A DNA stretch of 64,000 bases, taken from positions 74,884 through 138,883 of the forward strand of contig JBBCKI010000030.1 in the NCBI GenBank assembly GCA_037190965.1, read 5' to 3'. This DNA comes from Chthoniobacteraceae bacterium. GTDB lineage: Bacteria > Verrucomicrobiota > Verrucomicrobiia > Chthoniobacterales > Chthoniobacteraceae. The position numbers and the translations under genes are program-made. The notes beneath the pieces are model-generated. The model was not told where the DNA came from. It saw only the letters and a program-made list of their open reading frames with translations, and did no database searches. Numbering within the stretch: position 1 is the first letter of the stretch; each line of letters opens with the position of its first letter. Shown here one piece after another: positions 38,913 through 49,178 of the stretch.

Positions 38913-40763
38913 TTACTCCACCGTCACGCTCTTGGCGAGGTTGCGTGGTTTATCCACGTCGCAACCGAGCTTGACGGCAAAATGGTACGAGAGCAGTTGC
39001 AACGGCACCACCGTCAGGAGCGGCGAGAGGTAATCCGGGCAGCGCGGGATGTAGATCACATCATCGGCGACTTTCTCCAACTGCGTGCAGCCTTCGGTGC
39101 CGATGGCGATAACCGGGCCTTGGCGCGCCTTGACCTCCTCGATATTCGAGATGTTTTTCTCCAGAACGGAGTCATCAGGGGCGATGAAGACCGAAGGCAG
39201 CTCCGGACTGATGAGTGCAATGACGCCGTGCTTGAGCTCCGCGCTGGGGTGGCCCTCGGCGTGGATGTAGCTGATCTCCTTCATCTTGAGCGCCCCTTCC
39301 AGGGCGACCGGGTAGTTGAACTGCCGCCCCAGGAACATCATCGCCTTGGCGTAGGAATACTTCTCCGCAATCGCCTTGATCTTGTCGTTCTGCTTGAGAA
39401 TGGAGCGGACCTTGTCCGGGATGGCTTCCAGCTCATGGAGCATCGTGATCCCTTCGGACGTGGAAAGATGGCGAATGCGGCCGAGCAGAATGCTCAACAA
39501 CGTAAGCACGGTCACCTGCGAGGTGAACGACTTCGTGGCGGCGACGCCAATCTCCGGCCCGGCGTGCATGTAGACGCCGCCGTCGCTCTCGCGGCCGATG
39601 GTGCTCGCGACGTTATTGCAGATCCCAAGCGTCCGATGCCCCTTGCGCTGGCTCTCCCGCAACGCGGCGAGCGTGTCGGCGGTTTCACCGCTCTGGCTGA
39701 TGGCAAGGACGAGGGTATCCTTGTTCATCGGCATGTTCCGGTAGCGGAACTCGCTGGCAAACTCGACCTCGGTGGGCAGATGCGCGAGCGATTCGAGCAG
39801 GTACTCGCCCACCATCGCGGCGTGACAGGCGGTGCCGCAACCGGTCAGGACGATCCGCTCGATGTCGCGCAGTTCCTTGGGGGTCATCTCAAGGCCGCCC
39901 AGCTTTGCGGTGGCTTCCTGGTGCGAGAGCCGCCCGCGCATGGCGTTCTGGATCGAATCGGGCTGCTCGAAAATCTCCTTGAGCATGTAGTGAGGGTAAT
40001 CCCCCTTGCTCGCCTCATCCGCGTTGAAATCGACGGTGCTAACCACGAACCCGGAGGCATTCCCGCTCACCGAGCTGATCTCGAAATCTTCGCCGTCGAG
40101 GACCACGATGTCGTAGTCGTGAAGGTAAACCGCCTCCCGCGTGTGGCTCACGATGGCGCTCACGTCGCTCGCCAGGAAATTCTCGCCCTTGCCGATGCCG
40201 AGCACCAGCGGGCTGCCGCGCCGCGCGCCGACGAGCACACCGGGAAGATCCTGGTGCATGAGCGCGATGCCGTAAGTTCCCGTCACTTCCTTGAGCGCCT
40301 TGCGAAGGGCTTCGACCAGCCGCTTGCGGGAGGGCTCGCCCCCGAGGGCGTCGTAATGCTTGCCAACCCGGTGCGCCAGCACTTCGGAGTCGGTCTGCGA
40401 GAGAAATTGATGCCCTTGAGCGATCAGCTCTTCCTTGAGGGTCTGGTAGTTTTCGATGACCCCGTTGTGGACGAGCGCCAGTTTTCCGCTCCGGTCAAAA
40501 TGCGGGTGCGCGTTTTCGTCGGTCACGCCCCCATGAGTCGCCCAGCGGGTGTGGGAAATCCCCTGCGAACCGTTGACCGGCTGCCGGTCCACGAGTTCCG
40601 CCAGGTTGGCAATGCGCCCCTTGCACTTCCTGACGGCCACATCGCCTCCGTTGAGGATTGCGATACCAGCCGAATCATACCCCCGGTATTCGAGCCTTCG
40701 CAGGCCCTCGAGCAGGATGGGAGTTGCTTCCGATTTGCCAATGTAGCCGACAATTCCACACAT
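38913..40763 (-). CDS. glmS: Glutamine--fructose-6-phosphate aminotransferase
   Basis: MCGIVG, HTRWATHG, SQSGETADT, C-terminal PRNLAKSVTVE. Confidence 0.98.
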   Translation of the reverse strand: MCGIVGYIGKSEATPILLEGLRRLEYRGYDSAGIAILNGGDVAVRKCKGRIANLAELVDRQPVNGSQGISHTRWATHGGVTDENAHPHFDRSGKLALVHNGVIENYQTLKEELIAQGHQFLSQTDSEVLAHRVGKHYDALGGEPSRKRLVEALRKALKEVTGTYGIALMHQDLPGVLVGARRGSPLVLGIGKGENFLASDVSAIVSHTREAVYLHDYDIVVLDGEDFEISSVSGNASGFVVSTVDFNADEASKGDYPHYMLKEIFEQPDSIQNAMRGRLSHQEATAKLGGLEMTPKELRDIERIVLTGCGTACHAAMVGEYLLESLAHLPTEVEFASEFRYRNMPMNKDTLVLAISQSGETADTLAALRESQRKGHRTLGICNNVASTIGRESDGGVYMHAGPEIGVAATKSFTSQVTVLTLLSILLGRIRHLSTSEGITMLHELEAIPDKVRSILKQNDKIKAIAEKYSYAKAMMFLGRQFNYPVALEGALKMKEISYIHAEGHPSAELKHGVIALISPELPSVFIAPDDSVLEKNISNIEEVKARQGPVIAIGTEGCTQLEKVADDVIYIPRCPDYLSPLLTVVPLQLLSYHFAVKLGCDVDKPRNLAKSVTVE

Positions 40764-40885
40764 ATTTTTTTGGATACTGACAATTTTTATTTAGCCGGGC
40801 AACATGATTGCCGTTCGAAGTTCGGAAGACACGTAACGTAACGCACCGCAATTGTATCCAAGGTACCAAGGCAATCAACGGCAAC

Positions 40886-42190
40886 ATGAACTCCACGAAC
40901 CTCTCTTCTTTATCGGCTGCAGCTAATTCCACACTGGCAATCATCATGGGTGGTGGCGCCGGTTCCCGGCTCTTCCCTCTCACCAAAGACCGCTCCAAGC
41001 CCGCTGTCCCTCTCGGCGGCAAGTACCGCATCGTCGATATTCCGATCTCCAACTGCATCAACTCGGAGCTGAGGAACATCTACGTGCTGACGCAATTCAA
41101 CAGCGTCTCGCTTCACCGCCACATTGCCAGCGCCTACAAGTTCGACCGGTTCTCCCGCTCCTTTGTGGAGATCCTCGCCGCGCAGCAGACCCCCTCGGGC
41201 TCGCACTGGTACCAGGGCACGGCCGACGCCGTCCGCCAGAATCTCCAGAACTTCCTGAGCCGCCCTTACGAATACTATCTCATTCTGAGTGGCGACCAGC
41301 TCTACAGAATGGATTTCCGAGACCTCCTGCGCCAGCACATCCAGGGGCACGCGGACATCACCATCGCCACGATCCCCGTGGATCGGTCCATCGCGCCGGA
41401 CTTCGGCATCATGCACTCCGATGCCAACCGCAGGATCACCCGGTTTGTGGAAAAACCGACCGACCCGGCCACGCTGGATGAGTTGAAGATTCCCTCCACC
41501 CTGCTGGGCGAGCTTGGCCGCGACCCCGCCGCGGAGCTCTATCAGGCGTCGATGGGCATCTACATCTTCAACCGGAAAGCGCTGGAGGAAGCGCTTAACA
41601 ATGATCTGGTCGACTTCGGCAAACACGTCATCCCCCGCTCCATCGAAGGCAAGAACGTCCAATCCTACATCTTTCAGGGGTACTGGGAGGATATCGGGAC
41701 GATCCGCGCCTTTTTCGAAGCCAATCTGGCGTTGACCAACCCGCTGCCGCCTTTCTCGTTTTTCGACACCACCCACCCGATCTACACCCACGCCCGCTTC
41801 CTCCCCGCCAGCAAGATCAACGGGGCGACGATCAAACAGGCGATCATCTCCGATGGGTGTGTCATTTCGGACGCCACCATCGAACGGGCCGTCGTCGGCA
41901 TCCGTTCTTTTATCAACAGCGGCACCACCGTCCGGCACTCGATTATCATGGGCTCGGACTTTTACGAAACCGATGTCCCCCACCAGCGCGAAAGCGGGAT
42001 TCCGCTCGGGATCGGCCGCAATTGCGTGATCGACCGCGCGATCATCGACAAAAACGCCTGCATCGGAGACGGCGTGGTCATCACCGCGGAGGGAAAACCC
42101 GATTATTTCGACGGCCCGAACTTTCACGTCCGCGACGGCATCGTGATCATTCCCAAGAATGCCGTGATTCCGGATGGGACGTGGATCTGA
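40886..42190 (+). CDS. glgC: Glucose-1-phosphate adenylyltransferase
   Basis: GGGAGSRLFPLTKDRSKPAVP, WYQGTADAV, ASMGIYIF, YWEDIGT. Confidence 0.96.
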   Translation: MNSTNLSSLSAAANSTLAIIMGGGAGSRLFPLTKDRSKPAVPLGGKYRIVDIPISNCINSELRNIYVLTQFNSVSLHRHIASAYKFDRFSRSFVEILAAQQTPSGSHWYQGTADAVRQNLQNFLSRPYEYYLILSGDQLYRMDFRDLLRQHIQGHADITIATIPVDRSIAPDFGIMHSDANRRITRFVEKPTDPATLDELKIPSTLLGELGRDPAAELYQASMGIYIFNRKALEEALNNDLVDFGKHVIPRSIEGKNVQSYIFQGYWEDIGTIRAFFEANLALTNPLPPFSFFDTTHPIYTHARFLPASKINGATIKQAIISDGCVISDATIERAVVGIRSFINSGTTVRHSIIMGSDFYETDVPHQRESGIPLGIGRNCVIDRAIIDKNACIGDGVVITAEGKPDYFDGPNFHVRDGIVIIPKNAVIPDGTWI

Positions 42191-42214
42191 TCCAACCCCC
42201 GTCCTGCCCAGAAC

Positions 42215-42661
42215 TCAGCGATACAGCGGGCTCGGCTCGGGCCAGAGCGTCTGGATCTCGGTCGGCAGAACGTTGCGGATCTTCTCGGGCTCCCCGGGAG
42301 AGAGATGATGGTTGAGCAGCTCGAAGACCGACCGCGTCAGCCGGATGGGGTCGATGTTCTCGGCCGAGACGATTTCATGGGTGATCCCGTCCAGAAACTC
42401 CTGCCGCGAACGGCCTCGCACGGGCACCGCCGCTGGCCGCCACCCTTCGTAAAAAAACCCGCGAATCAGGACCGGTAACTGGGCTCCGAAATGCGCGGCA
42501 ACCTCCACCGTCAACCGATCGCGCAACGCGTGCAGCACGGCCCGCAACGCCTGGAAGGCGGTGTGTTCATCAGACAGATGGGCAATCTCCTGCAATTCGT
42601 GCAACCACAGATGGGTCTTTTGCACGGTGGAATCAAAAACCTCCAAACCTGGTTGGCTCAT
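42215..42661 (-). CDS. DUF2267 family protein
   Basis: FDSTVQKTHLWL, LRAVLHALRDRL, AQLPVLIRGFFYEGW. Confidence 0.85.
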   Translation of the reverse strand: MSQPGLEVFDSTVQKTHLWLHELQEIAHLSDEHTAFQALRAVLHALRDRLTVEVAAHFGAQLPVLIRGFFYEGWRPAAVPVRGRSRQEFLDGITHEIVSAENIDPIRLTRSVFELLNHHLSPGEPEKIRNVLPTEIQTLWPEPSPLYR

Positions 42662-42712
42662 AACAACCTCCTTTTAAAGGAAACGGATGCGACCGGGGAA
42701 GAGAGGGGGCGA

Positions 42713-43201
42713 TTACCCTAAAAGAGCCGCCACTTCCATCTGGACCGACTCGATCTGGTCGAGCCGCAAACGGGGATCGGGAATGACGAAGACCTCTCCC
42801 GACGCCCGGTGTTCGTAGATGAGAAGGCGATTCCCCTCCTCTTCCTTGGTTTCGATCGGTTTGAGGAGTCGTTTGCGCTCCAGCATCAACGCGAGGATAT
42901 AGCGGACGTTGGCGTGCTGGTCGCCGGGCTCCTCCATGAAGCGGCGCAGGAGATCCTCCGCCGTCTGCTTGCCGAGGGCCTCGGGAGCGGGCGGGGGCGG
43001 AACTTCATACTTCGATTTCCATGAAGAAAACGGGGTCTTGCTCGTATCGCGCGCCTGCCATGCCTCCTCGCTCAGGTCCTCACGGGAAAACCCGTCCTGT
43101 TCCCGAAAGAGCAGGGTGTGAAAAACCTCCCCGTCGGCGAACTGGCGCTCCGTGACCGAGCAGCGGTTGCCCCGGCTTTTGATTTCCCATTCGTTTGCCA
43201 T
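42713..43201 (-). CDS. Conserved hypothetical protein
   Basis: Host-like codon usage; RYILALMLERKRLLK; co-oriented just downstream of lptF/G. Confidence 0.75.
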   Translation of the reverse strand: MANEWEIKSRGNRCSVTERQFADGEVFHTLLFREQDGFSREDLSEEAWQARDTSKTPFSSWKSKYEVPPPPAPEALGKQTAEDLLRRFMEEPGDQHANVRYILALMLERKRLLKPIETKEEEGNRLLIYEHRASGEVFVIPDPRLRLDQIESVQMEVAALLG

Positions 43202-43218
43202 AAGAAAACCTCAAAACC

Positions 43219-44373
43219 CTACCGAAAACCGAACAGCCGCCCCACTTTCGGGAAATCGCGGTTCGCCGACCGCAGATAAAGGAGGTAAATCCCGATCAAC
43301 CCAAACGCGATATTGGAGCCCCAGGCGGCCACAAAGGGCGACACGAGCGAGCCCTTGCCAAAAGCCAGCATCAAGTAATTGAGGAAGGTGTTGGCGGCGA
43401 AGAGGAAAATCGCACCCGCGACCCCGGCGAGAACGCCACGGCGGGAATACACGATCCCGAGCGGCCCGGCGAGGAAGACGATCACCAGGCAGCTCCACGG
43501 AAGCGCCCAGCGGTATTGCAGGTGGGAACGATAGGGGGCGAGCTGGGCGTCCGGGAAATCGGCGTTATGCCTCAAATAATCGCGCAGGTCGGATACGGAA
43601 AGCCCCTGCGCATCCACGTTGGAACTGGCGATGCGCCACGGCGTTTCGTTCCAGTCGGCGACTTCGAGCTTCTTCCAGATAGCCTCCGAAGCGACATCCC
43701 CATCGGCCTCGAAGTGCACCGTCTTCCCTTCTTCCAACACCCATCTGGCCGGAGCCCCCTCCCTGGCCGGGCGGAACCGTGCCTGCCGGGCGTACCATTT
43801 GGTGGTGATGTTCGCCTCGGCATCCTGCTGGGTGATGTGAATCCCCTGCAAAACCGACTTGTCGTTGGCCCGCACCGGCATCTTGCGGACAAACCAGGTC
43901 CGGTTCGCGGAGCGGTTGCGGAAAAGCTGTGACTCCAGGAACGCGTTTTTCTCCTTTTTTTTCCCCAACTGTTCCAGAAGCACCTTTTTGCGCGACTCGG
44001 CGCGCGGCGCCATCGAGTAATTGAGCGCGAGGCAAACGAGACTGAGCAGCACTCCGAAGACGACCAGCGGCATGAGCAGCCGCCCCAGGCTCTGGCCCGC
44101 CGTGAGCATCGCGATGATCTCGTTGGACCGCGACATCCGGCTCATCGCGTAAAGAAGCGCCAGCAAAAGCCCCACAGGAAGGCAGATGACGGCGAACTGA
44201 GGGAGTTGCGAAAGGTAAAAATTGACGATGAAGCGGGGCGAGGCATGCCCATCGATGAAATCGGAGGCGTTGCCCGAAAAATCGAATACAAGCCAGATCG
44301 CCAGGAACCCAAAGAAACAGAGCAGGAAGGGAACCAGGAAATTGCGAAGGATGTATCGGTCCAGAAGGCGCAT
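43219..44373 (-). CDS. LPS export permease, LptF/LptG family
   Basis: LLDRYILRNF, SRSNEIIAMLTAGQS, PFVAAWGSN. Confidence 0.9.
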   Translation of the reverse strand: MRLLDRYILRNFLVPFLLCFFGFLAIWLVFDFSGNASDFIDGHASPRFIVNFYLSQLPQFAVICLPVGLLLALLYAMSRMSRSNEIIAMLTAGQSLGRLLMPLVVFGVLLSLVCLALNYSMAPRAESRKKVLLEQLGKKKEKNAFLESQLFRNRSANRTWFVRKMPVRANDKSVLQGIHITQQDAEANITTKWYARQARFRPAREGAPARWVLEEGKTVHFEADGDVASEAIWKKLEVADWNETPWRIASSNVDAQGLSVSDLRDYLRHNADFPDAQLAPYRSHLQYRWALPWSCLVIVFLAGPLGIVYSRRGVLAGVAGAIFLFAANTFLNYLMLAFGKGSLVSPFVAAWGSNIAFGLIGIYLLYLRSANRDFPKVGRLFGFR

Positions 44374-44481
44374 CGGCAAAATAGAAGAGGGAAGTATTTA
44401 TCGCGGAAATGCCCTCGGGGGAAATGGAATCTTTCTGAGGTTGAATCCCGCTGGGGTTCGGGGGCAAAGTAGCCGTTTCCC

Positions 44482-46458
44482 ATGATCGCCCTTCGCGAAA
44501 CCATTCAAGACGAGTTTGTCGAGCGCGTCCGGCAGATGTTCTCGCCGGACGGCCTGCTCGCGAAGGCGCGTAATTTCGAATACCGGAAGGAACAGCAGGA
44601 GATGGCCGTGGCGGTGGCCCGCTCGCTTTCCGAGGAGCGGCACCTTGTGGTGGAAGCCGGAACGGGCGTGGGCAAATCGCTCGCCTACCTGGTCCCCGCG
44701 ATTCTCTACGCTCTGGAGCACAAGAAGAAAGCGGTCATCTCGACCTACACGATCAATCTCCAGGAGCAGCTGGTTTACAAAGACATTCCGATCCTCCAGA
44801 AGCTCCTCCCGGTGGAATTTGAGGCGGCGCTCTGGAAGGGGCGGCAGAATTACCTCTGCTGGCGGCGGCTGGAGCGGGCGATGCACAGCCCGGGCGATCT
44901 ATTCACCTCGCCGGAACAGGAGGAACTCAAGCGCATCTGGGACTGGGCGCAGACCACCAAGGACGGCTCGCTGGCGGATTTTGCCGTGGAGCCCGACCCG
45001 GCGGTCTGGGCACAGGTATGCAGCGAGCAGCACATCTGCACCGTAAAAAGCTGCGGCACCGAGAGCCGCTGTTTCTATCAGGCGGCGCGCAAGCGGCTGA
45101 TCGGCGCGGATGTCGTGGTAATGAACCACACGCTCTTTTTCCTGAACGCGGGGGCGCTCGATGAAGACCAGCGCTCGGGGTATATTTTTTCCAACGATTT
45201 CGTCATCTTCGACGAAGCGCATACGCTGGAAGCGATCGCCGCCAAGCAGATCGGAATGAACGTCTCGCAGTTCGGGCTCAAGTACGTTCTCCAGCGGCTC
45301 TACAACGAACGGACAAAGAAGGGGCTCTTCACCGTCCTGCGCCATGCCGGAGGGGTGCGCGAAGTCGCCGTTCTCGCGGAGGAAACCGACAAGTTTTTCG
45401 AGCAGGTCTCCGACCGTGCCGTTTCCAGCAAAGGCCGCGAATTCCGGGTGCGCCAGCCCGATCTGGTGCCCGACACGCTCACCGCCCGGCTCGCGGAGCT
45501 TCAGACTCTGATCGTCTCCGTCCTCAAAACCGTGGAGGATGAAACGACGAAAGCCGAGTTGCAGGACATGGGCCGCCGCGTTCGCGAAGCGCGGCTCGGC
45601 ATCGCCACGTTCCTCTCCCAAAGCCAGGACGATTACGTCTACTGGGTGGAGAAATCAGGCAAGACGAACCAGTTCTGCTCTCTCAACGCCGCCCCGGTCG
45701 ATATTGCGGCGCATCTCCGCGCGATGCTTTTCCGGGAGAATCACTCCTGTGTGATGACCAGCGCCACGCTTTCGGTCGGGAACGAAGACCTCGACTACTT
45801 CCGCAGGCGAGTCGGCGCGGAGGAGGTCGATGCCGAGCAGGTTGGCAGCCCGTTCGACTACGCACGGCAGATGAAGCTCTATGTCACGCGGAAGATGCCA
45901 GACCCGCGCGACGCCGGTTACGAAGAAGCGCTGGCAGGCCAGATCGAAAAGTTCATCGACCTGAGCCAGGGCCGCGCCTTCGTGCTTTTTACCGCCTACC
46001 GGACGATGCAGTCGCTCGCCGAGCGGATGCGAAAGTCTTTTGACAAAAAGAAGTGGAACCTCCTCGTCCAGGGGCAAGGCATCTCGCGCCACCGGCTGGT
46101 GGAGGAGTTCAAGAAAGAGGGACGCAACGTGCTCTTCGGCACCGACAGCTTCTGGAGCGGCGTGGATGTCCCCGGAGAGGCGCTTTCCAACGTCATCATC
46201 ACCCGGCTCCCGTTCGCGGTGCCCGATCACCCGCTCATCGAGGCGCGGCTGGAGGCGATCCAGGCCCAGGGAGGCGACCCGTTTTCGGAGTATTCGCTCC
46301 CCGAAGCGATCCTCAAGCTGCGCCAGGGCGTGGGTCGCTTGATCCGAACAAAGACCGATACCGGAATCGTCGTGATCCTCGACCCGAGGATTTTGACGAA
46401 GTCTTACGGCAACGCTTTTTTAAAGGCGATCCCGGAGTGTCCGTTGGAAGTGGAATAA
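44482..46458 (+). CDS. dinG: DinG/YoaA-family ATP-dependent DNA helicase
   Basis: EAGTGVGKS, Fe-S Cys cluster, [18 protein letters not shown]. Confidence 0.92.
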   Translation: MIALRETIQDEFVERVRQMFSPDGLLAKARNFEYRKEQQEMAVAVARSLSEERHLVVEAGTGVGKSLAYLVPAILYALEHKKKAVISTYTINLQEQLVYKDIPILQKLLPVEFEAALWKGRQNYLCWRRLERAMHSPGDLFTSPEQEELKRIWDWAQTTKDGSLADFAVEPDPAVWAQVCSEQHICTVKSCGTESRCFYQAARKRLIGADVVVMNHTLFFLNAGALDEDQRSGYIFSNDFVIFDEAHTLEAIAAKQIGMNVSQFGLKYVLQRLYNERTKKGLFTVLRHAGGVREVAVLAEETDKFFEQVSDRAVSSKGREFRVRQPDLVPDTLTARLAELQTLIVSVLKTVEDETTKAELQDMGRRVREARLGIATFLSQSQDDYVYWVEKSGKTNQFCSLNAAPVDIAAHLRAMLFRENHSCVMTSATLSVGNEDLDYFRRRVGAEEVDAEQVGSPFDYARQMKLYVTRKMPDPRDAGYEEALAGQIEKFIDLSQGRAFVLFTAYRTMQSLAERMRKSFDKKKWNLLVQGQGISRHRLVEEFKKEGRNVLFGTDSFWSGVDVPGEALSNVIITRLPFAVPDHPLIEARLEAIQAQGGDPFSEYSLPEAILKLRQGVGRLIRTKTDTGIVVILDPRILTKSYGNAFLKAIPECPLEVE

Positions 46459-46531
46459 ATCGCACAGTTCACCCAGCGCCCTTCCCTTCAAAACACTTGA
46501 CCCTCGCCAGAATCGCCCACTAAACAAAACC

Positions 46532-47614
46532 ATGTCCCGTGCATTATCCCCCTTCGGCCCCGGAGTTCTGCGCTTCGCGCTCGCTTGGGTGGTCGTTTTG
46601 ACTCATACGTGTCCGCTGAAATTGGGGGGATGGGCCGTCTATGTGTTCTTCGTCTTGAGCGGTTACTGGATCACCGCGATGTGGAGCCAAAAATATTCCC
46701 TTTGCAAGGCTCCCTATGCAACGTTCCTCACCAGCCGGTACTGGCGCATCATTCCCCTCTTTCTGGTGTGCAATGCCATCGGGGCCGCGATGGTTTTCCT
46801 TGCCCCTCACTGGTTTCCCGCGAACGCGGCGGAAATCTATAATCCCGTATGGTGGGTTCGAGCGGTCCTGCTGGCGGGCTCCTCGAAACAGTTTCTTCTG
46901 CTGCCCCCGGCCTGGTCACTCGACATCGAGATGATCTTTTACATTATCGCTCCCTTCCTGGTCACCGGAGGGTTGATTTCGTCGCGCTGGATTCCCCGTT
47001 CGAAGATGCCTCTTTTCCTTGCCTCGATGACGATCGCACTGCTCTGCGTCTGGCTCTTTACCGGGATAAAGACGGGGCGCAATCTCTCCTGCTTTTTCGC
47101 AGGAGCCCTGGCCTTTGAATGCCAGTGGCGCCCGTCGCGCAAAATGGCGCTCTCATCGGCCGGTTTTCTAGGAGGCGCCATTGCTCTGGGGCTGTGCTTC
47201 CCCACCACGCGGGTCTTCATCTGGAGCGCGGGCGCTCTTCCAAGCGATCAATGGATGAGCCGGTTGTGCCTGGTCGTCGCCGCTACCTTCGTGTTTATCC
47301 CGTTTGCGATTCATACCGTTTACCAATCCAGCTCCAAACTGGACCGAACGCTGGGCGACATGGCATACGCCGTCTACATTTCCCATTATTTGGTCATTTT
47401 CGGATTCGAGAATACGTTCCGCGGCAGCACTTCGACGTCCATCTCCCTTCTGATCCAGTATACCGCAATCCTGTTGAGCTCCTTCCTTCTCTATCGCTAT
47501 GTCGAAGGCCCCTCCGAGCGGCTGCGGCGCAACTTTGTGAGTTCACGCAAGAAGCAACCCGGCACATTGGCTCCCAAAGCGGGCGTATTGGCTCACGAAG
47601 CCGAAGCAAAGTAG
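46532..47614 (+). CDS. Acyltransferase family 3 (OafA-like O-acyltransferase)
   Basis: LRFALAWVVVLTH, FFVLSGY, WSLDIEMIFY, YAVYISH, YVEGP. Confidence 0.88.
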   Translation: MSRALSPFGPGVLRFALAWVVVLTHTCPLKLGGWAVYVFFVLSGYWITAMWSQKYSLCKAPYATFLTSRYWRIIPLFLVCNAIGAAMVFLAPHWFPANAAEIYNPVWWVRAVLLAGSSKQFLLLPPAWSLDIEMIFYIIAPFLVTGGLISSRWIPRSKMPLFLASMTIALLCVWLFTGIKTGRNLSCFFAGALAFECQWRPSRKMALSSAGFLGGAIALGLCFPTTRVFIWSAGALPSDQWMSRLCLVVAATFVFIPFAIHTVYQSSSKLDRTLGDMAYAVYISHYLVIFGFENTFRGSTSTSISLLIQYTAILLSSFLLYRYVEGPSERLRRNFVSSRKKQPGTLAPKAGVLAHEAEAK

Positions 47615-47754
47615 GTGCGCGCACGCGCTGGCGCTGCGCAAAATCCCCACGGCAGTACTTGCGCCGCATCGAGGATTTACACACTGCCCGAGCTGAAGGG
47701 CTGAGCAACGGCCCGCCGTCGCAAAGCAATGGCTACAGAATTAACTAGATCGCT

Positions 47755-47965
47755 CTAGTGTCCTGTCAGGGATGTCATTCAAATAAACAGGGGGCATCAT
47801 TCTGTCGTGGAAGGCGCCACGAGAGAAGCCAAGCACTCTGCCAAAGCGGCGGAAGGGCTGCCCCTTGTGAATAAAGTTAACTCTTGATGCCGCATTCAAT
47901 CCACTGTGATCTGGATCACGCGATACCCGTGGATTGATCAAAGAACTTGCCTGGTAGGACACTAG
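47755..47965. mobile_element. Putative ~200-bp MITE with imperfect TIRs, bounded by CTAG at both ends
   Basis: Left end CTAGTGTCCTGTCAGG; reverse complement of right end CTAGTGTCCTACCAGG (14/16 match); no transposase inside. Confidence 0.7.
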
Positions 47966-49119
47966 GGCTTCAGTGCTTCCAAAACCGGTTCCGCTTCTTC
48001 TGCGGGGGATCGGCGCGATCTCAGGGCAGCAAATTGGTTGCTGAGGATTTTTCCAAGCCGAATGCCCGGTTTCTCCACCAGATAATAAGAAATGGTGGAA
48101 AGAATGATCGTCAAACCCAGCATGATTGCCAGGGCGATAAAGCGGATCAAATTATCTCCCTGCACCCCTGCGTTATTGAGCTGCCGGATGCAAAAGGGCG
48201 TCACCGTCAGCAAAATGGTGAAATGAAACAAATAAACGCTGTATGAAATCTGCCCGAAAAAGCGAAGTACGCGGATCGACAAAAACTGCTGAAGCGTTCG
48301 CATCTGAAGCACGCACACCAGAAGGAGAGCGACCCCGACTCCTCCAACGTACCATTGGAGGAATTTTCGAAGGCCATCGGTCTGCGCGCAATGGTGCGCT
48401 TCGCATAAAACCACGGCGAACAGCAAGCAACAGGCCGGCACCCACCGTGGCCAGCGGCGAAAAATCCGGTCAAGCTGGAGATGGTGTTTGGCGATCAAAA
48501 CCCCCAGGGAAAACTGAAACAAAGCGGAAGACAGGCGGAATCCACCAATCGCTAGCGCGCAGAAAACCATTAGCCAGACAGAGCTGCGCGTCGCAATCAG
48601 GATAAGAATGGGCATCAGGAACGAATACCGAACTTCCTCCCGCAAGGTCCAATCCTGCGGCAACAGACGATGCGGCGTCCCCGCATTCAAAGTGGCCTGC
48701 TTCAGAACGTCCACCAAGCTGAAATCATGGCTCCAGATCCCTAGCGCCCATTCCGATGCCGGCGGTCGGGTCTCGTAAGGAACATAGAGATAACGGTAGC
48801 ACACCGCGCTCAAAAGAAGGGCGAACCAGAAGGCGGGAAAAATCCGGGTAATTCGCAGAATATAAAACGAGCCCAGCGAGAATGACTCGTGCCCTTTCAA
48901 GCCAAGCGTCATCTCATGCCTCCAAGCCAGCACGAATCCACTAAGGACGAAAAATAACGAGACTGCTGTCGCCCCGTCGTAAACGATCCTCAGCGGGTGT
49001 ATGATCGGCGCGTTCCCCCAATTGAAGAACCCGCCGTATCCCCCAAAAAAATGGGAAAAAATGACGGCCAGGGCGGCCAGGCCCCGGAGACTGTCGAGAT
49101 ATTCGATTCTTTTTCCCAT
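47962..49119 (-). CDS. Acyltransferase family 3 (OafA-like O-acyltransferase)
   Basis: LDSLRGLAALAVIFSH, FFVLSGFVL, WTLREE, ISYSVYLFH, VEKP. Confidence 0.9.
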   Translation of the reverse strand: MGKRIEYLDSLRGLAALAVIFSHFFGGYGGFFNWGNAPIIHPLRIVYDGATAVSLFFVLSGFVLAWRHEMTLGLKGHESFSLGSFYILRITRIFPAFWFALLLSAVCYRYLYVPYETRPPASEWALGIWSHDFSLVDVLKQATLNAGTPHRLLPQDWTLREEVRYSFLMPILILIATRSSVWLMVFCALAIGGFRLSSALFQFSLGVLIAKHHLQLDRIFRRWPRWVPACCLLFAVVLCEAHHCAQTDGLRKFLQWYVGGVGVALLLVCVLQMRTLQQFLSIRVLRFFGQISYSVYLFHFTILLTVTPFCIRQLNNAGVQGDNLIRFIALAIMLGLTIILSTISYYLVEKPGIRLGKILSNQFAALRSRRSPAEEAEPVLEALKP

Positions 49120-49178
49120 AATTTGAGAAATCGCGAGAGCATCCCATCGCTCCGTGAAGGCCGAAGCCGTGGCTGTAA

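Noticed and set aside
40764..40885. glmS ribozyme
   Set aside because: Only about 120 bp shared with the divergent glgC, and no ribozyme core recognised.
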